Source: Ignavibacteriota bacterium (GTDB lineage: Bacteria; Bacteroidota; Ignavibacteria; UBA10030; CAVZMI01). From it: a stretch of 64,000 bases of DNA. The translations under genes and the position numbers were made by a program. The stretch spans positions 42,371-106,370 of the forward strand of contig CAVZMI010000034.1 of assembly GCA_963776275.1 (NCBI GenBank), given 5' to 3'. Shown here piece after piece: positions 35,450-46,410 of this stretch. How positions within the stretch are numbered: the stretch's first letter is position 1; every line of letters starts with the position of its first letter. Under the pieces are notes generated by a model that saw only the letters and a list, made by a program, of their open reading frames with translations, searched no databases and was not told where the DNA came from.

Positions 35450-36970
35450 TTATGCTCCCTCTCTTGGCCGTTGGGAATATTGCGGCAACATTTGAAAAGA
35501 CTGCACCAGGGCTCCCATTTTATCGAGTGATTCCTGGTATTCGCTGGCCGGTTCCGAATCATAGACAATTCCTGCGCCCGCCTGTAAACGGGCAACGCCG
35601 TCTCTCATGACTATCGTCCGGATCGCAATACATGAATCAAGGTTCCCTGCAAAATCGATATAGCCGATTGCGCCGCCGTAGACGCCTCGTTTGGCTTTTT
35701 CAAGCTCGGCGATTATCTCCATGGCGCGGATTTTTGGAGCGCCGGAAAGCGTACCTGCGGGAAAACATGAATAAAGTGCGTCTATTGCACTCATGTCCGC
35801 ACGAAGTTTCCCCCGGACGTTCGAGACAATGTGCATGACGTGAGAATACCGTTCGATCGCCATGAATTCGGTCACGGCGACGCTCCCGTAGTCACAGATT
35901 CTGCCGAGATCATTCCGTCCGAGGTCTACGAGCATGAGATGCTCCGCCCGCTCTTTTTCATTCGCCAGAAGCGCGACTTCGAGCTTCGCATCTTCTTCCG
36001 ATGTCCGTCCGCGCCGTGTTGTTCCGGCGATCGGCCGCGTCTCAACGATACCGTTGTCGACACGAACTAGCAATTCCGGAGACGAACCGATAATTTCCGT
36101 CTCTCCAATCCTCAAGAAATATGCATAGGGGGAAGGATTCACAACCCGCAGCATACGGTATACGTCGAATGCATCCGCCTGAATTTTCTGGGTCAGTCGC
36201 TGTGAAAGCACAACCTGAAAAATGTCTCCCGCCCGGATATACTCTTTACACCGCTCGACGCTGCCGAGATACTCTTTTTCGCTCATGCTCCATTGCTGTA
36301 ACTCATCGAAACGGGCAGTAGCAAAATACGGCGTCACCTGCCGCTGTAGAATCGATTTTATTCGCGTGATTTCTTCAACGACTTTTCGGTATTCCATCCG
36401 TATCTCATCTTCAGGTAACTTGTGAGTGCTGATGTAGCCATTCGATACAATGAAAATTTTTCGTTGGACATTATCGAATACAAGAATCGTGTCATAAAAC
36501 ATCAACACGCCGTCATCATAGGGGAGTTCGGGCGTATTCGGGAGATCGAGATTCTCCACCAGTTGAACCGTCTCATAACCAAGATATCCGACGGCACCAC
36601 CGCTGAAACGGGGCAGACCCGGAACCGGAACAGCCTTAAGATGATGGAAAATTGTTTTCAATGCGTCGAGCGGATGGACAATATCTTTCACCAATGCTGG
36701 AAGAACGGTAACATCGCTGTGCAGCGGTTCGAGAGAAAATTTTTTACCGTTGATTCGAAAAATCATAAACGGATTAAATCCGAGAAACGAGTAGCGTGCA
36801 AGGCGTTCTCCACCATCGATACTCTCGAGCAGAAATGAGTACGGACTTTCACGCCCGATCTTCAAATAGACCGAAACGGGAGTCTCGGTATCTGCAAGCA
36901 GCTCGTCGACGATCGGAACGACATTCCCCTGTACTGCAAGTTTCTTAAAATCTTCGAACGATGTAATCAT
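35450..36970 (-). CDS. trpE: Anthranilate synthase component I
   Basis: LLES, NPSPY, EHLMLVDLGRND, GAPKIRAM. Confidence 0.9.
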   Translation of the reverse strand: MITSFEDFKKLAVQGNVVPIVDELLADTETPVSVYLKIGRESPYSFLLESIDGGERLARYSFLGFNPFMIFRINGKKFSLEPLHSDVTVLPALVKDIVHPLDALKTIFHHLKAVPVPGLPRFSGGAVGYLGYETVQLVENLDLPNTPELPYDDGVLMFYDTILVFDNVQRKIFIVSNGYISTHKLPEDEIRMEYRKVVEEITRIKSILQRQVTPYFATARFDELQQWSMSEKEYLGSVERCKEYIRAGDIFQVVLSQRLTQKIQADAFDVYRMLRVVNPSPYAYFLRIGETEIIGSSPELLVRVDNGIVETRPIAGTTRRGRTSEEDAKLEVALLANEKERAEHLMLVDLGRNDLGRICDYGSVAVTEFMAIERYSHVMHIVSNVRGKLRADMSAIDALYSCFPAGTLSGAPKIRAMEIIAELEKAKRGVYGGAIGYIDFAGNLDSCIAIRTIVMRDGVARLQAGAGIVYDSEPASEYQESLDKMGALVQSFQMLPQYSQRPREGA

Positions 36971-37066
36971 TGACTTTTCCCTGGCACCGCACCAAGTAAG
37001 TGTACATTCATTGATTTTATAATACCTTACCCTTTTATTTGCAGATATAATACAGTAGTATGGGCA

Positions 37067-38092
37067 TTAGCCAAAGAGCATGTGGAAGACAGCGACTGCC
37101 TGGCGTATTTCGTCCAGAGAGACATCCAGATGGGTAACAGCCCGTATTTTTCCGGGGCTACCGGCACTTAGCAGCACTCCCTCGGTCCGCAATTTTTCCA
37201 GAACAACCGCCGGTGTAAGTCCGTCGCGTTTGACATCTACAATCACGATATTTGTCTGCACCGTTTCCATTTCGATTATAAAGCCCGCGATCGTACCGAC
37301 TTCAGCAGCAAAGTATCGTGCTTTCTCGTGGTCTTCTGCAAGCCGCTCTCTATTATTTTCCAGTGCATAGAGAGCGCCGGCAGCAATTATTCCAGCCTGA
37401 CGCATTCCTCCACCGAAGATTTTCCGGTATCAATCGGCCCCTTCCAATAAATTCTTCGGACCGGCGACCGCCGAGCCGACCGGAGCCCCGAGTCCCTTCG
37501 AGAAACACACCGAAATCGAATCACAGTACTGTGCATATTCCTGCGGAGATATCCCAGTCGCGACACACGCATTCCACAGGCGGGCGCCGTCGATGTGAAG
37601 AAGAAGTCCTTCGCTCTTTGCAAGGTCGTGAATCCGGCGAATTTCCTCGATCGGATAGATTGTTCCACCGGCGCGGTTATGAGTATTTTCTATACACACC
37701 AATCGAGTCGGCGGCATATAATACTCTTTGGATCGGATTGCCTGCTCGATCTGGTCGGCGGTCATGATGCCGTGACGACCCGGGATTGTCATAAGTTGAA
37801 CGTTCGAAATCATAGCGGGAGCAGCAGTTTCATAATTGAAAATATGCGACTCCTGTTCGACAATGATTTCATCTCCCGGTTGAGTGTGAGCTTTAATCGA
37901 GAGTTGATTCCCCATGCAACCCGATGTGACATAGATCGCTTTTTCTTTCCCCAATAACTTGGCGACCTTTTCCTGTAATTCATTGATGGTGGGATCTTCA
38001 CCGTAGACGTCATCTCCTACGGGAGCCCGGGCCATTATCTGACGCATCGCCGGCGAAGGCCGTGTGACGGTATCACTTCGAAGATCGATCAT
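37067..38092 (-). CDS. ltaE: Low-specificity L-threonine aldolase (in-frame TGA at 37430-37432, probably an error)
   Basis: DLRSDTVT, DGARL, SKGLGAPVGS, GGGMRQAG; both ORFs are in the same frame. Confidence 0.92.
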
Positions 38093-38133
38093 AAATTTTC
38101 TCAGGCAAAATTGCATTCAATACGACGATCATT

Positions 38134-39808
38134 TCACTTTTTTCCCTTACGAATGAAAATCCATCCAGCAGCAACAACGGTAAGGCCAAGGCTCAATCCA
38201 AACGCCGGAATTGCTATATAGTCTCCCATTCGTGCATATAATGTCTTTTCCTGATTTATTCCGATAGACTGAAGCCGGATGGCCTGTGTATCATATTCTG
38301 TAGATTGATACATTCTTCCGTACGGATCTACAAACGTGCTTATCCCACCGTTAGCACAGCGTACAATCCATCGACGGTTTTCAATTGCACGCAGCCGTGC
38401 ATAGTCGGCGTGTTGGAGAAAACCCAACGTCCTCCCCCACCAGCTATCGTTAGTGATAATGACAAGAAATTCGGCGCCGGAATTCACAAATTCACGGACG
38501 AAACCCGGGTAGATCGACTCATAACAAATAAGCGTTGAGAATTTTCTATCCCCGGTAGAATCCGGCAGCCGGAATATCGTCATTTCTTTCCCGACGCCCC
38601 AACCGCTTAATCCGACACCCCACTCCAGCACATTCAGGAAAACAAACGTATCGGCATAGGGAACACGTTCGCCAAACGGAACCAGAAGCATCTTATGATA
38701 TCGCTGCACCTGACGATTACCCGGAAGGAAAAGAACAGCCGAATTATATGTATCATACCACTCACGCGTGACCGTTGTCCGCTTGCTGCTTGGATTCGCT
38801 TTTATAGAATCCGGATAGAATTCAACATCAGGAAAACCAGTTAGCAGCGCGATATGGAGCGAATCGATCTGTTCTTCGATCATACTTCGATGAAACTGAT
38901 ACCGTGGAAGAAGGATAAAATACGGCAGTGCAGTCTCGGGCCATATTACGAATTTCGCTCCGCGTCGAACGAGCGAGTCGGTGAGGTCCATGATAAAGCC
39001 GAAGCTGCTGCAATTTCTCGCCACCGCTCCATTTTCCCCACGGGTCAATGTTGGGTTGGACGATCCCTACAGCGAGCGATTCTGCCGAATGTATCGTCTC
39101 GACCGGATGGGTACGCAGGACAATCTCGCCATGAATCTTCGGTAAAAGAACGAGCACAATTCCAGCAAGTGTCGTTAATATCGCGCGGCTCGATGCAATC
39201 GTCCACCGGCCTGTCGAAAGATTTTTCCATGCCACATAGAGAAGTATATTGACAATGAGTATGAGCAACGAGGCACCGTAGATTCCCGTCCACGATATAA
39301 ACTGCACACGTGCCGGATCCGATGCCTGCGAATTACCGAGCGTAATCCAGGGAAACGCAATATCACCAAGCGAATGCCAGTACTCGAATCCGATCCAGAA
39401 TATTGGAAATGTAACAAGCATCCATCGTTCCCCCCATGATTTTCGGACAAGGAGCGCCGCCGCAATTGGAAGAAAAAAGAAAAAAGGATGCCCGATCATC
39501 AATCCTGCACCGGCCAGCATCAGATAGGGATCGCGGCCGTGCGTAAATCCTCCAACCCAATATAAAGATATCGCGTTGAACACAAAAAGCATCACGTAGG
39601 AATATCTAAGCGGACGCATGACGCCTTCAAGACGGGATATCATAATAAAAAAGGGAATAAATCCGATATAGGCAAACATCGCCGTCGGTAAGGGGGGGAA
39701 TGAAAGACCGAGCAAGATTCCAGAAAACAGAGCCAGCGTGAGGTTCGTACGTCGGGAACCGGTACCGATCCGAATTGGGTGCGATGATATTCCAGATAGT
39801 TTGTTCAC
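38134..39808 (-). CDS. lnt: Apolipoprotein N-acyltransferase (apparent frameshift near 38990)
   Basis: VQPNI, WPE, K..LVPFGE, ICYE, TNDSW. Confidence 0.93.
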
Positions 39809-40392
39809 TGTTTCTGTTTTGCCTTCATCCCGAATTTAGCCGGGATGGTCCTTTCAATATATTTCAAAAGTAAAATCATTATCTGACCTACAATAAAGCC
39901 GATGAGAGCACCTCCAAGAGCATCCGAAGGATAGTGGACACCAACATAAACTCGTGAAAGTGCAATAATTCCTGCCATCGAGTAGAAAGCCCACACCCAC
40001 CGCTTGTATGCATACGACAACACGACAGCCGCTGCAAACATGTTCACCGCATGAGACGATGGAAACGATTTCCCCGAGCCGCAGTCGACTAACGGCCGGA
40101 CTCCTTCCAGTACATAACACGGGCGTTCGCGTTCAACAAGCGGCTTTATAACAGAGCTGCTTAACTGATCGCTGATAGTGATTGTGAGAATAAGGACGAC
40201 AACGACAATCCGCCCTGTCCGCCCGCCCATGACTAGAAGAAGAATCCCAACCGCAAGAAAGAAAATCTTTCCCCCGATCATCTGATTGAGATCGGTCAGG
40301 AATGGCATGACGACATTCAAAAGATCATTTCTTAATGTCTGATGAATGAAGAAAAAGAGCCATCGATCTATTCCAAATAAAAAATCAATCAT
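39805..40392 (-). CDS. PAP2 family phosphatase
   Basis: K..VERERP, SFPSSH, SRVYVGVHYPSD. Confidence 0.92.
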   Translation of the reverse strand: MIDFLFGIDRWLFFFIHQTLRNDLLNVVMPFLTDLNQMIGGKIFFLAVGILLLVMGGRTGRIVVVVLILTITISDQLSSSVIKPLVERERPCYVLEGVRPLVDCGSGKSFPSSHAVNMFAAAVVLSYAYKRWVWAFYSMAGIIALSRVYVGVHYPSDALGGALIGFIVGQIMILLLKYIERTIPAKFGMKAKQKQ

Positions 40393-40997
40393 CGCTTATT
40401 CAATTTTTTCCTGAGTACAAGATAAAAAATCCACACGATGACAACCGTGCAGATCACAATCGTGATAATTCTGCTATAGTTTGCGAGATATTCACCAATA
40501 ATCTGCCAGTTTCTGCCGACAAGGTACCCTGAATACAGCAACAGCCCATTCCAGACCAGTGCGCTTACGGCACATAGCGGGATCGTTATCGAAAGCGAGA
40601 GCCCTGACATTCCGGTAAAGAATGAGACAACGGCACGAGTCCCGGAGAGAAATCTATTCGCAACAACAACCCAGGCTCCCCATTTCTGGAACCAGAGTTC
40701 TATTTTTTGAACACCGCTTGATGAAATGAATTTCAGCTTCCCGGTCTTCAGAATATGCTCACCAAACCAGCGGCCAAGCAGATACATCGAGAAAAAACCG
40801 AGTGTACTCCCTGCAGTCGAAAAAAGAATAGCACCGATAAAATTGATTCGTCCAATGCCAATTAATGTTCCACCAAAAACAATAACAACGTCACTCGGAG
40901 ACGGTGGAAAAATATTTTCGATATAGGCGATAAGAAACAGAGTACAGTATACCCATACCGGACTTAATTGCGCCAGTGTCGTGATAAATTCGTGCAT
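40389..40997 (-). CDS. DedA family membrane protein
   Basis: ENIFPPSPSD, RFLSGTR. Confidence 0.9.
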   Translation of the reverse strand: MHEFITTLAQLSPVWVYCTLFLIAYIENIFPPSPSDVVIVFGGTLIGIGRINFIGAILFSTAGSTLGFFSMYLLGRWFGEHILKTGKLKFISSSGVQKIELWFQKWGAWVVVANRFLSGTRAVVSFFTGMSGLSLSITIPLCAVSALVWNGLLLYSGYLVGRNWQIIGEYLANYSRIITIVICTVVIVWIFYLVLRKKLNKR

Positions 40998-41001
40998 GCT
41001 C

Positions 41002-41487
41002 TCATTGTGGCAATGGATGAAGGGATGCAACTGAATATGCAACAGCACCTTCTCCGGTACCGACGAATCCCATCCCCTCGGCAGTTGTAGCCTTTACGGA
41101 AACCTGATCAAGTTGCATGCCGAGGACGTGGGCGATGTTCAGACGCATTTCCGTTACGTAGGGAGCAATCTTGGGCGCCTGAAGCACCAGTGTTACATCG
41201 ACGCTGATGATCTTGAATTTATGTTCCTTGACCATCTCACCTACCCTTTTCAAGATCATCAGGCTTGAAATATCTTTTAGCTTTTCATCGGTGTCTGGGA
41301 AATGTTTCCCGAGGTCTCCTAATGCCGCGGCTCCGAGGAGTGCATCGGCAATCGCATGGAGAATGACATCTCCATCCGAATGGCCGAGGAGTCCTTTGTC
41401 GTGAGGAACCTCGATACCTCCGATAATCAACTTCCTCCCTTCAACCAACCGATGAACATCGTATCCTATACCGACCCGCATAGGCAC
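41002..41487 (-). CDS. ispF: 2-C-methyl-D-erythritol 2,4-cyclodiphosphate synthase
   Basis: GYDVH, GHSDGDV, KATT. Confidence 0.96.
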   Translation of the reverse strand: MPMRVGIGYDVHRLVEGRKLIIGGIEVPHDKGLLGHSDGDVILHAIADALLGAAALGDLGKHFPDTDEKLKDISSLMILKRVGEMVKEHKFKIISVDVTLVLQAPKIAPYVTEMRLNIAHVLGMQLDQVSVKATTAEGMGFVGTGEGAVAYSVASLHPLPQ

Positions 41488-41493
41488 CTCCTG

Positions 41494-41769
41494 TTAGTAT
41501 ATCTCAAAAGCGGGAAAATCGTGTTGTGGTTCCCGCCATTCAATTGCTACATCGGTGACATGAGACATCCGGGTTCCGACTCGTACCTGCGAAATCATCT
41601 CTTCAACGAGTGAACGATCCCCTTCGATCTCGATTTCCACTTCGCCCGTCACAAGATTCCTGACATACCCTCGCAAGTGCAGGTTTACTCCTATCCTGTA
41701 GACGAAGTAACGGAATCCGACTCCCTGGACGAATCCACGGATAAGGATGTGCGCGCGAACTTCTTTCAT
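41494..41769 (-). CDS. acyP: Acylphosphatase
   Basis: VQGVGFR, GYVRN. Confidence 0.95.
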   Translation of the reverse strand: MKEVRAHILIRGFVQGVGFRYFVYRIGVNLHLRGYVRNLVTGEVEIEIEGDRSLVEEMISQVRVGTRMSHVTDVAIEWREPQHDFPAFEIY

Positions 41770-41859
41770 TTAAGATCAATTTACAAAAAAAGGGGAAAAT
41801 TACAAAATTTATACGTGATGTGATAAAACAATCCGTGGAAATAATGCGGAAGGATGATG

Positions 41860-42393
41860 TTATTGTTGTTCTTTCTCCTCCTCCAGGCGTATAACCTTAC
41901 CCGCGGGTGTCTCCTCCGTTTCATATTCAGTCATGCTTTGAATCCTGACGAGGGCCTCGGAGATCTTTTTCGCGGCAATCTCGCACTGTTCCCACCGCTT
42001 GAGATCTTCGTCTGGGAGATTTCCTGTTCCATGCCGCTTTGCAGCCTGTGAGACCATTAGAATAATCGCCAGCGGATTAGCAATGTTGTGCTGAAGACTG
42101 CGGGTAACTTCATGCAATGTGGATATTTCCTTTTCCTTCAACTGCCATTTCTGTTCGATATCGAGCCGCTTTAACTCCTCCTGGTGAAGGTACTGATTCA
42201 TCATTACTAGCCGTTGAAAGATGTATGAGAGGATAAAAAAGAAAAGAAGACTTTCGACCTTAAAAAACCATGTAAAAAAGTCGAACCTTTGGAAATGGAT
42301 ATCGTAAAAGACATTAAAAACCGTGATTCCCATGAAGAGAAGAAACGCAAGCCAAACGATAAAACCCGGATTATTTTTTAGCCATCCATTCAT
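41860..42393 (-). CDS. Membrane protein with a HisKA-like phosphoacceptor helix and no ATPase domain
   Basis: Two TM segments; LQHNIANPLAII H-box. Confidence 0.65.
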   Translation of the reverse strand: MNGWLKNNPGFIVWLAFLLFMGITVFNVFYDIHFQRFDFFTWFFKVESLLFFFILSYIFQRLVMMNQYLHQEELKRLDIEQKWQLKEKEISTLHEVTRSLQHNIANPLAIILMVSQAAKRHGTGNLPDEDLKRWEQCEIAAKKISEALVRIQSMTEYETEETPAGKVIRLEEEKEQQ

Positions 42394-42737
42394 AGATATT
42401 CCCGGTGAAAAAGCAATTTGAGTTCGTCGAAATTAATGTACTAAACAACTTATGGAGAGTCAAGCAATTGCTAAAATTTATCTAATTCCTTATTATATAT
42501 ATCCGACATATTCCGGCGCAACCTTTAAGGAATGGAGACCCATGAAACGCTCAATGTTTTTTTCACCGCGCTCGTTTTTTCATCTATCCTCACCTTCGCT
42601 CAACCCAAAGAGCAAAGGCTCACGTTCTATGAAAAAAGCAACTACTATACCGTTCATTGGAAAGAATGAAGCGCTTGTTAAAAAATCGAGACGACCCGCG
42701 TTAACTTTATCTATACTTCCAATATTCCATTTGATAA

Positions 42738-44339
42738 TTATTTTTTAAATAGAGAATTGTACTTCTGACGAGCGGCATCAGCATTTATCTGTAAATCACT
42801 CAGAGTGGTTCCCGCAACAATAGCGAAATATACATCTACAGTATCCCCGACTGAAAGTGCAAATGGACCCGATCCGATCCACATCCTGTATTCACCAGGC
42901 ACTATGATAGGTTCGTTTAAGAAAGTTGAAATCCATATGAATGATGAATCACGGATTCCGTTACCCTCCCCTTTCCCGGTCACACGAGCACCCGACATTC
43001 CGTTCAACGCAATAATGCCGTAATAATTCGGATCACTCCCACCCCCACCAGGGTATTCATATGCCATATTTCTTGACTGATCATACCCACCGAGATTTGA
43101 ACCACTCCCATTCGTTCCTCCAATATCCCAGTCTGCAAAAATACCGACGAAGAGATCATTTAGCGCCCATTGATTCCCATAAAGACGATAGTGAATGAAC
43201 ATGCTATTTTCACCGGTGTTGGAATATGAAATTTGATTTACCGTCAAACTGTAAGGACTAGGGGCTCCACCATCATTAAAAGTAGCCTCCGCGATTTGAT
43301 TCCAGGAAGAATTGGATTTAAAACCAGAAACGTGAACCGTATTAACTAAATCATTATTTATCATGAAACTTCCTACATGACCATTAACACTCTTACGAGA
43401 CATTGTTCCCATAATTAGACCTGATGAATATAATGCATCTGCATTTCCCTTAAACCTGACACCTCTACCGATATTTCCATTGTATAAGTGGCCAATATTG
43501 CCATTCTCAAACATTGTAACTTCAAGGTTTCCTGTGTTGTGTGTCAGATATTGTGTTGGCTGCATTTGTGGCAGTGCCACTAACTCAACTAGAAAATGCA
43601 AATCTGAAAGAGTACTTGAATTATCGTTACTTATGAATGGACCGGGTATCGATGCAGACATTTGCCCACCGATATTATTTCTATTCTGTAATACCGAAAT
43701 ATCAACAGTAGTATCAAAGGAAATTGAATTCCCGAGTTCATTATAATATCTGATCCAGAGCCACCATTGAGTACTACTCCCGCCTTTCACAAAACTAATC
43801 TCTATGGCATTTTTGATACCTTCAGGATCAGCGTTAAACGACATCGAACCCCAAATATTATATTGTTCGTTGAAATAATCATAAGCTTCCGTATACACTC
43901 CGTAAGGATAACTATATGATCCGATACAGCACTCATAATATTCATATGATTTACCGTTTAACTTAAAAGTTATTACATTCTGCCCGCCACATTTGTCTTT
44001 CGGATAATGATAATCTTTCCCATCAATATTAACATCAAAGCTGATAACAGTAGAACGACCATAATCATTTTTAATATTGGTCCACTTGAAAGTATGTGTT
44101 TCGTTATTCATGCTTATCGTCGCATCGAACGAGAGAAGACCTTGAACGTTTTTTGAGTAATCCGATCCGTTATTCCACATGTTATGGATCTTTACTTCAA
44201 ATCCGTTCACTGTAAAACATATGGAGTTGGCTCCGTCGGGGGATTCTGTTGGATTTTTTTTCGAACAGGATACCATCAAGCAACACAACATGATGGCCAT
44301 TTGCAAAAGATCGAAGATAATGTGTTTCATAATATCCAC
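42738..44339 (-). CDS. Hypothetical lipoprotein, AT-rich
   Basis: Lipobox MVSC; C-terminal beta-rich domain (GIFADWDI) like those of secreted FCB proteins. Confidence 0.65.
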   Translation of the reverse strand: MDIMKHIIFDLLQMAIMLCCLMVSCSKKNPTESPDGANSICFTVNGFEVKIHNMWNNGSDYSKNVQGLLSFDATISMNNETHTFKWTNIKNDYGRSTVISFDVNIDGKDYHYPKDKCGGQNVITFKLNGKSYEYYECCIGSYSYPYGVYTEAYDYFNEQYNIWGSMSFNADPEGIKNAIEISFVKGGSSTQWWLWIRYYNELGNSISFDTTVDISVLQNRNNIGGQMSASIPGPFISNDNSSTLSDLHFLVELVALPQMQPTQYLTHNTGNLEVTMFENGNIGHLYNGNIGRGVRFKGNADALYSSGLIMGTMSRKSVNGHVGSFMINNDLVNTVHVSGFKSNSSWNQIAEATFNDGGAPSPYSLTVNQISYSNTGENSMFIHYRLYGNQWALNDLFVGIFADWDIGGTNGSGSNLGGYDQSRNMAYEYPGGGGSDPNYYGIIALNGMSGARVTGKGEGNGIRDSSFIWISTFLNEPIIVPGEYRMWIGSGPFALSVGDTVDVYFAIVAGTTLSDLQINADAARQKYNSLFKK

Positions 44340-44738
44340 CTATGAAAAAGTTATATGATAAGTCAATGTTTTTTTACTCGCGCGTTAAGACGGGAATCAT
44401 CCGCATTTTTTATAACGTCCGGAGAATATTCAAGGACTCACATAATTCCACAGTGAAATTATGTATTCACAAAACACAACCGTGAAAGGCCGCCGGGGTC
44501 GGGTTGTCTTGTCGTAGCTGTTTTCGGAATGGGGAATTAATCAGGAACGACCTAATTATAGGCTTCCCGATAGAGCAGTAACGATATCTGTTATGTTTGT
44601 GAAAGATAAAATTTCTGTTTGAAAAGTCAAGTATCCGTCTACGCTAAGGAGGTTATTATTCTTATTGGAATTAGAATAGCAAAAATAGAAAGAATTTCAT
44701 AAATTTCATTAAATCTGAGAATAACTGAAGGAAACAAA

Positions 44739-45707
44739 GTGAAAGCCATCATCATTTCACAAACCGGCGGACCTGAAGTGCTCGAATATAAATCAGCACC
44801 CATGCCGCACATTAAAGAGAATGAGGCGCTGGTCAAGATCGAAGCGATCGGCGTCAACTTCATAGACATCTACCACCGGAGCGGATTGTACCCTATCCCC
44901 CTCCCCTTCACCCCCGGCTCGGAAGCAGCAGGAATAGTCGAGGCTATAGGACAGAAAGTGACCGAGGTAACCATCGGCCAACGCGTTTCCTATGCAATGG
45001 TGATGGGTTCATACGCCGAATACGCCGCCGTCCCGGCGTGGAAACTTGTCCCGGTACCGGAAACCATTCCGATCCAGACAGCGGCAGCAACGATGCTGCA
45101 GGGTATGACGGCGCATTATCTCACTACATCTACGTATTCATTAAAATCCAACGATACCGTACTCATTCATGCGGCAGCAGGCGGAGTCGGACTGCTTCTT
45201 ATCCAGCTTGCGAAGCGAATCGGAGCCCGTGTGATCGGTACTGTCTCGACAGAAGCGAAAGCCGCGCTCGCGCGCGAAGCCGGAGCCGACGATATCATTC
45301 TGTACACGCTGCAGGATTTCGAAACCGAGGTAAAAAAAATTACCGGCGGCAAAGGTGTGCAGGTTGTTTACGACTCGGTAGGCAAAGACACATTTGCAAA
45401 AAGTCTCGATGTACTCGTTCCACGCGGGATGATTGTACTATTCGGTCAATCGAGTGGTGTCGTTCCTCCATTCGATCTGAATATTCTGAGTCAGAAAGGT
45501 TCTCTGTTTATTAGCCGGCCTTCACTCGGTCATTATACACTAACACGCGAAGAACTACTCTGGCGTGCAAACGATTTGTTCACATGGATCGTCAAAGGCG
45601 AATTAAAAATCCGGGTCGATCGAACTTACGCGCTGACGCAGGCGGCCGAAGCGCATCGTGCATTGGCTGGAAGAGAAACAACGGGGAAGGTGTTGCTGAT
45701 ACCGTAA
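44739..45707 (+). CDS. qor: NADPH:quinone oxidoreductase (zeta-crystallin family)
   Basis: GVNFID, HAAAGGVG, YDSVG, TTGKVLL. Confidence 0.92.
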   Translation: MKAIIISQTGGPEVLEYKSAPMPHIKENEALVKIEAIGVNFIDIYHRSGLYPIPLPFTPGSEAAGIVEAIGQKVTEVTIGQRVSYAMVMGSYAEYAAVPAWKLVPVPETIPIQTAAATMLQGMTAHYLTTSTYSLKSNDTVLIHAAAGGVGLLLIQLAKRIGARVIGTVSTEAKAALAREAGADDIILYTLQDFETEVKKITGGKGVQVVYDSVGKDTFAKSLDVLVPRGMIVLFGQSSGVVPPFDLNILSQKGSLFISRPSLGHYTLTREELLWRANDLFTWIVKGELKIRVDRTYALTQAAEAHRALAGRETTGKVLLIP

Positions 45708-45802
45708 ATTTTATATTGGAGCTCTTTAAATTTGCACTGTCGTTAAATACGATAACATTTTCTTAGTTGACGTTCAGTGCTTTTTGACATACCTAACTAT
45801 TT

Positions 45803-46141
45803 TTAAAAATATTCCAGCCAAATTTCGGAAAGATAAATCAGGACCCATTTATAATTAAATAGAAGTACGACTACCAGAATAACCAGTATTATCCTGAATA
45901 TAATAGGCGCGGACTCTATCGGTCTTGCAACGAAACCTGAAATTCTCTTGACAACACCCCACGGGATTAAAAGACCAATTACAGCGAAGAGCAGGGACGA
46001 GATCAAAATCTGAGTACCCGTATTATTATCGGCGGTACCATGCTCCTCAGTCATTGTAGCAAACACACCGGCAAAGAAGCCGACGACAGACCAACAGAAC
46101 ATGTAGCCCATCTTTAGGAAAACTTTGAAAAAGAATGACAC
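45803..46141 (-). CDS. Hypothetical membrane protein
   Basis: Three hydrophobic segments; GGAGG RBS before a GTG start. Confidence 0.6.
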   Translation of the reverse strand: MSFFFKVFLKMGYMFCWSVVGFFAGVFATMTEEHGTADNNTGTQILISSLLFAVIGLLIPWGVVKRISGFVARPIESAPIIFRIILVILVVVLLFNYKWVLIYLSEIWLEYF

Positions 46142-46345
46142 TTGACCTCCGGTTTGATCTAATGTGTCATCTATAATAAATGCCTTAGTTGGTGTCCATA
46201 ATAAAGAGGAGCGGGACTCCTCATAACGGTTAATCTACAAATTTTTAAACAAAATAAAAATGTCGTTGCAAGCTTTATTCCTTTTTACTTTTTCCTTAGA
46301 AAAAGCCATATAACACTTGCATTCCAGCTCTATCCACCATGATAC

Positions 46346-46374
46346 TTGACAGAAGCAAACGACCACCGTATATT
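46346..46374 (+). promoter_or_regulatory. Putative sigma70 promoter
   Basis: TTGACA-N17-TATATT. Confidence 0.7.
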
Positions 46375-46410
46375 TCAGCCGAGAAGAAATAGGCAAGGGT
46401 AAAGGTTGAG

